Origin: Bacilli bacterium
Lineage (GTDB): Bacteria; Bacillota_I; Bacilli_A; RF39; UBA660
Assembly: GCA_017406955.1 (NCBI GenBank)
Contig: JAFQXM010000003.1
Coordinates: 14,527-78,526, forward strand
Length of the DNA stretch: 64,000 bases
Direction: 5' to 3'
The notes beneath the pieces were generated by a model, which was not told the DNA's origin, did not search any database, and saw only the letters and a list, made by a program, of their open reading frames with translations. The first letter of the stretch is position 1. Each line of letters opens with the position of its first letter. Made by a program: the position numbers and the translations under genes. Shown here piece by piece: positions 60,576 to 64,000 of the stretch.

Positions 60576-61100
60576 CTATTCACTTACAAAATTATATTTT
60601 TTAAAAAATTCAATATATCTATCTTTTATTGTTAAACCTGATATTTTATCAACAATGCTATTATTAGAAACTATTACTAAAAATGGTGTTCCAAAATCTT
60701 CAAATTCACTATTTAAAGATTTTAAGTTATTATAATCTGCTTCACTCATATCATCAGTATTAACATTATTGATATCAAAGTTATATGTGTAAGATATATT
60801 TTTTAATATAGGTTCAGCTATCTGACAATATCCACATCCTGGTCTTGAAAATAAAACTATTTGATTATCTTCCTCTTCATATAATTCTTTAAACTTATTA
60901 ACATCTATACTAACAAAATCTTTCTTTTCTGAATCTTTAATGGCTTCAGATTCTTTTGTAGCTTGATTAACTATTGAATCAGTAGATGATGAATTAGTTG
61001 TTTTTGATTCTGTTTTTTTACCTGTTGCGAAAGCACCTATTATTAAAACTATAACTAGTAATATTATTAAAATTATTGTACCAATCTTTTTATTTTTCAT
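60576..61100 (-). CDS. Membrane-anchored thioredoxin family protein
   Basis: N-terminal TM, CGYC motif, GTP cis-Pro loop. Confidence 0.85.
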   Translation of the reverse strand: MKNKKIGTIILIILLVIVLIIGAFATGKKTESKTTNSSSTDSIVNQATKESEAIKDSEKKDFVSIDVNKFKELYEEEDNQIVLFSRPGCGYCQIAEPILKNISYTYNFDINNVNTDDMSEADYNNLKSLNSEFEDFGTPFLVIVSNNSIVDKISGLTIKDRYIEFFKKYNFVSE

Positions 61101-61146
61101 ATATACCTCCGTTTGATTTATTATACCACATTTTCGTATGTATAAA

Positions 61147-62730
61147 TTATTTATTTTTATTTAAATATTCTTCATAAGACATATATCTATCTATAATTTT
61201 TCCATCATCTAATATTTCAATAACTCTATTAGTAACTGTATTATTTAATTCATAATCTCTTGTTGTAAAAATTACTTCTCCTTTAAATCTTAATAAACCT
61301 TTATTTAAAGAAGTAATACTCTCTAAATCTAAATGATTAGTGGGCTCATCTAATATTAAGAAATTTGGTTCTGATAACATTAATTTAGATATCATACATC
61401 TAGCTTTTTCTCCTCCAGATAAAACATTTACCTTTTTAAATACATCTTCTCCAGAAAATAACATTCTGCCTAAAAAACCCCTAAGTACTGTTTCATCATC
61501 TATATCAAAATACTGTTCTATCCACTCTAAAATATTTTTATTAGAATTGAAATATTCACTATTATCTTGTGGCAAATATTCACAGTTAATAGTTTTTCCC
61601 CATTCAAGAGTTCCTTTATCATAATTTTCTTTACCACTTAAAATATTAAATAATGTAGTCTTAACCATATCATCTTCTGCAATTATACATATTCTATCAC
61701 TCTTTTTAACAGTAAAAGAAACTTTATCTAATATTTTTTTACCATCAACTACTTTAGTTAAATTCTCTACTTTTAATATATCTTTACCATGATCTTCCAT
61801 CTTAAAATCAATAAATGGATATTTTCTAGATGAAGGAACTATCTCATCTAATACTATTTTATCTAGCATCTTCTTCCTGGAAGTAGCTTGTCTACTCTTA
61901 GAAGCATTAGCACTAAATCTATCTATGAACGCTTGTAATTCTTTCATTTTAGCTTCTTTCTTCTTATTAGAATCTCTCATCTGTTTTTGTAGTAATTCAC
62001 TAGATTCATACCAAAAATCATAATTACCTACATAAAGTTTTATTTTTCCATAATCAATATCTGCAATATGAGTACATACCTTATTTAAAAAATGTCTATC
62101 ATGTGAAACTATTATTACTGTATTATTAAAATCTATTAAAAATTCTTCTAACCATTTAATTGCATCTATATCTAAACTATTAGTAGGTTCATCTAAAAGC
62201 AGGATATCTGGATTACCAAATAAAGCTTGCGCAAGTAATACTTTAACTCTTAATTTAACAGGAATTTCTTTCATTTTTTGATAATGCATCTCTGTATCTA
62301 TTCCTAAATTATTAAGAAGTGTTGCCGCATCACTTTCTGCATTCCATCCATCAAGTTCTAAAAATTCTGCTTCTAAATTAGCTAATTTCATACCATCTTC
62401 TTCACTAAAATCACTTTGAGCATATAACTTATCTTTCTCACTCATAATAGAATAAAGTTTATTATTACCTCTAATTACAACATTAATTAAAGTTTCTTCT
62501 TCATATTCATAATGATCTTGTTTTAGAATTGATAATCTTTGATCTTTAGAAATAGTAACTTCACCAGTAGTAGTATCAATTTCTCCAGATAATAACTTTA
62601 AAAAAGTAGATTTGCCACTACCATTAGCACCAATAAGACCATAACAATTACCTTCAGTAAATTTTATATTAACATCTTCAAATAATGTTCTTTTGCCAAA
62701 CTTTAAACTAACATTACTAACTTGTATCAT
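61147..62730 (-). CDS. ABC-F family ATP-binding protein (YbiT/YkpA-like)
   Basis: Two ABC domains with no TM segments; GANGSGKST, LDEPTN (twice) and GNYDFW. Confidence 0.92.
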   Translation of the reverse strand: MIQVSNVSLKFGKRTLFEDVNIKFTEGNCYGLIGANGSGKSTFLKLLSGEIDTTTGEVTISKDQRLSILKQDHYEYEEETLINVVIRGNNKLYSIMSEKDKLYAQSDFSEEDGMKLANLEAEFLELDGWNAESDAATLLNNLGIDTEMHYQKMKEIPVKLRVKVLLAQALFGNPDILLLDEPTNSLDIDAIKWLEEFLIDFNNTVIIVSHDRHFLNKVCTHIADIDYGKIKLYVGNYDFWYESSELLQKQMRDSNKKKEAKMKELQAFIDRFSANASKSRQATSRKKMLDKIVLDEIVPSSRKYPFIDFKMEDHGKDILKVENLTKVVDGKKILDKVSFTVKKSDRICIIAEDDMVKTTLFNILSGKENYDKGTLEWGKTINCEYLPQDNSEYFNSNKNILEWIEQYFDIDDETVLRGFLGRMLFSGEDVFKKVNVLSGGEKARCMISKLMLSEPNFLILDEPTNHLDLESITSLNKGLLRFKGEVIFTTRDYELNNTVTNRVIEILDDGKIIDRYMSYEEYLNKNK

Positions 62731-62749
62731 ATAATCACCTTCCAAATTA

Positions 62750-63130
62750 TTATAACATATTTTTATTACTTTTATATTCTTTAATAATCCATTCCATAAT
62801 TAAACTGACTATATAATTAATTTCATTATCACTAAGTTCTTTTTCTTTAGGAATATTATGCCATTTTTCTAAACATCCACGACAACAGCACCCACAAGCA
62901 TGTTGTGCAATAAATACTGGATGATTTTTAGTAGGAGTTTGTTTTCCATCATTTATAGGCCTTACTTTCAAGTTCTTATTAACAAAGTCATACGCATGAG
63001 TTTTTATTTTATTTAATCCAATTTCATCAATATACTTAACCATATATTTACGCAAATGAAAACTACTTCTAAATTTAGATTTAGATAACTCATTTAATTT
63101 ATTATTAATAATTTCTTTTCTTTTATCCAT
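62750..63130 (-). CDS. DUF4186 family protein
   Basis: SKFRSSFHL, NDGKQTP and HPVFIAQHA...CCRGCLEKWH motifs. Confidence 0.88.
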   Translation of the reverse strand: MDKRKEIINNKLNELSKSKFRSSFHLRKYMVKYIDEIGLNKIKTHAYDFVNKNLKVRPINDGKQTPTKNHPVFIAQHACGCCCRGCLEKWHNIPKEKELSDNEINYIVSLIMEWIIKEYKSNKNML

Positions 63131-63200
63131 AGATATATTATACAATAATAGTATTATTTTTTAAATAATTCATATGTTATAATAGTTATAGGTGATAAAT

Positions 63201-63896
63201 ATGAATATTAAAGATAAAATATTTGCCCACAGAGGAATACATAATAATAAAACAATACCAGAAAATTCTATTAAGGCTTTTGAAAAAGCAATAAAAGAAA
63301 ATATACCTATAGAATTAGATGTTCATATATTAAAAGATAATACTTTAGCAGTATTTCATGACGATAATCTAAAGAGAATGACTAATATAAATAAACCTAT
63401 AAGAAAATATACATATAAAGAATTAGAAAAAATAACTCTTCTAGATACTAACTATAAAATACCAACACTAAAAGAAGTATTATATTTAGTTAATGGTAAA
63501 GTATTATTACTAATAGAATTAAAAAATGATCATAGAACTAATACTATGTGTAAAAAAGTTTGTAAAATGCTAGATAATTATAAAGGCGAGTTTATTATCC
63601 AATCTTTTTATCCTAATATAATAAGATGGTTTAAAAAACATAAACCTAGTTATTATAGAGGATTATTAATTACTAATAATTATAAATCTAACTTCTTAAA
63701 AAGATTTGTTAGAAGTGATTTTATTATAAATTATTGCTCTCCAAACTTTTTATCAATAACTAAGAAATTACTTTCTAATAAACAAATTAAAAAACAAAAA
63801 AGTAAAGATATTCCTATCTTTACTTGGACTATTAATACTAAAGATGAACTTAATAAATTAAAAGATAAAGCAGATGTATTTATTTGTAATCTTTAG
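63201..63896 (+). CDS. Glycerophosphodiester phosphodiesterase family protein
   Basis: AHRG, PENS, ELDV, HD, IELK, QSF and WTIN motifs. Confidence 0.92.
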   Translation: MNIKDKIFAHRGIHNNKTIPENSIKAFEKAIKENIPIELDVHILKDNTLAVFHDDNLKRMTNINKPIRKYTYKELEKITLLDTNYKIPTLKEVLYLVNGKVLLLIELKNDHRTNTMCKKVCKMLDNYKGEFIIQSFYPNIIRWFKKHKPSYYRGLLITNNYKSNFLKRFVRSDFIINYCSPNFLSITKKLLSNKQIKKQKSKDIPIFTWTINTKDELNKLKDKADVFICNL

Positions 63897-64000
63897 TTTT
63901 AACTTTATGTTTTTTGTTTTTCACTCTTAATATAGAACTAAATATTTCTAATAAATCATCATATTGACATGTAGCATCTGCTTTCGCAATAGCATTTATA
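63880..64000 (-). CDS. 3' end of an unidentified gene entering from beyond the window
   Basis: Open frame ...INAIAKADATCQYDDLLEIFSSILRVKNKKHKVKTKDYK*. Confidence 0.5.
   Translation of the reverse strand, partial: INAIAKADATCQYDDLLEIFSSILRVKNKKHKVKTKDYK

Overview
Very AT-rich chromosomal segment of a Bacillota (Firmicutes) bacterium with a reduced gene set. Gene content and style suggest an uncultured gut Bacilli lineage such as RF39 (inference). TGA is used as a stop, so the standard code 11 applies. Almost all genes lie on the minus strand. The backbone is housekeeping: glyQS with a T-box, dtd, rel, secDF, xerC, topA, rnhB, rbgA, lepB, rplS, queA, ruvAB, yebC, PGM, uppP, DUF368, ppaC, dnaB, divIVA, sepF, ddl, murF, the rimP-nusA-ylxR-infB-rbfA operon, an ABC-F ATPase and 7 tRNAs. 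An accessory block of about 14 kb lies between lepB and rbgA. I saw no CRISPR array, transposase or prophage. Main hunting results: (1) a two-gene locus (26273-27147) encoding signal-peptide-less proteins with a split prealbumin/SpaA-like fold and a shared C-terminal beta-strand motif, behind a sigmaK/sigmaE-like promoter; this is a candidate head-to-tail self-complementing spore-surface filament; (2) a G10 tract inside a TTGACA-19-TAAAAT promoter that could phase-vary an orphan glycine-zipper protein; (3) an unannotated type I toxin-antitoxin-like locus after tRNA-Lys; (4) an extremely minimal glycyl T-box riboswitch. Protein assignments come from motif recognition only; no searches were run.
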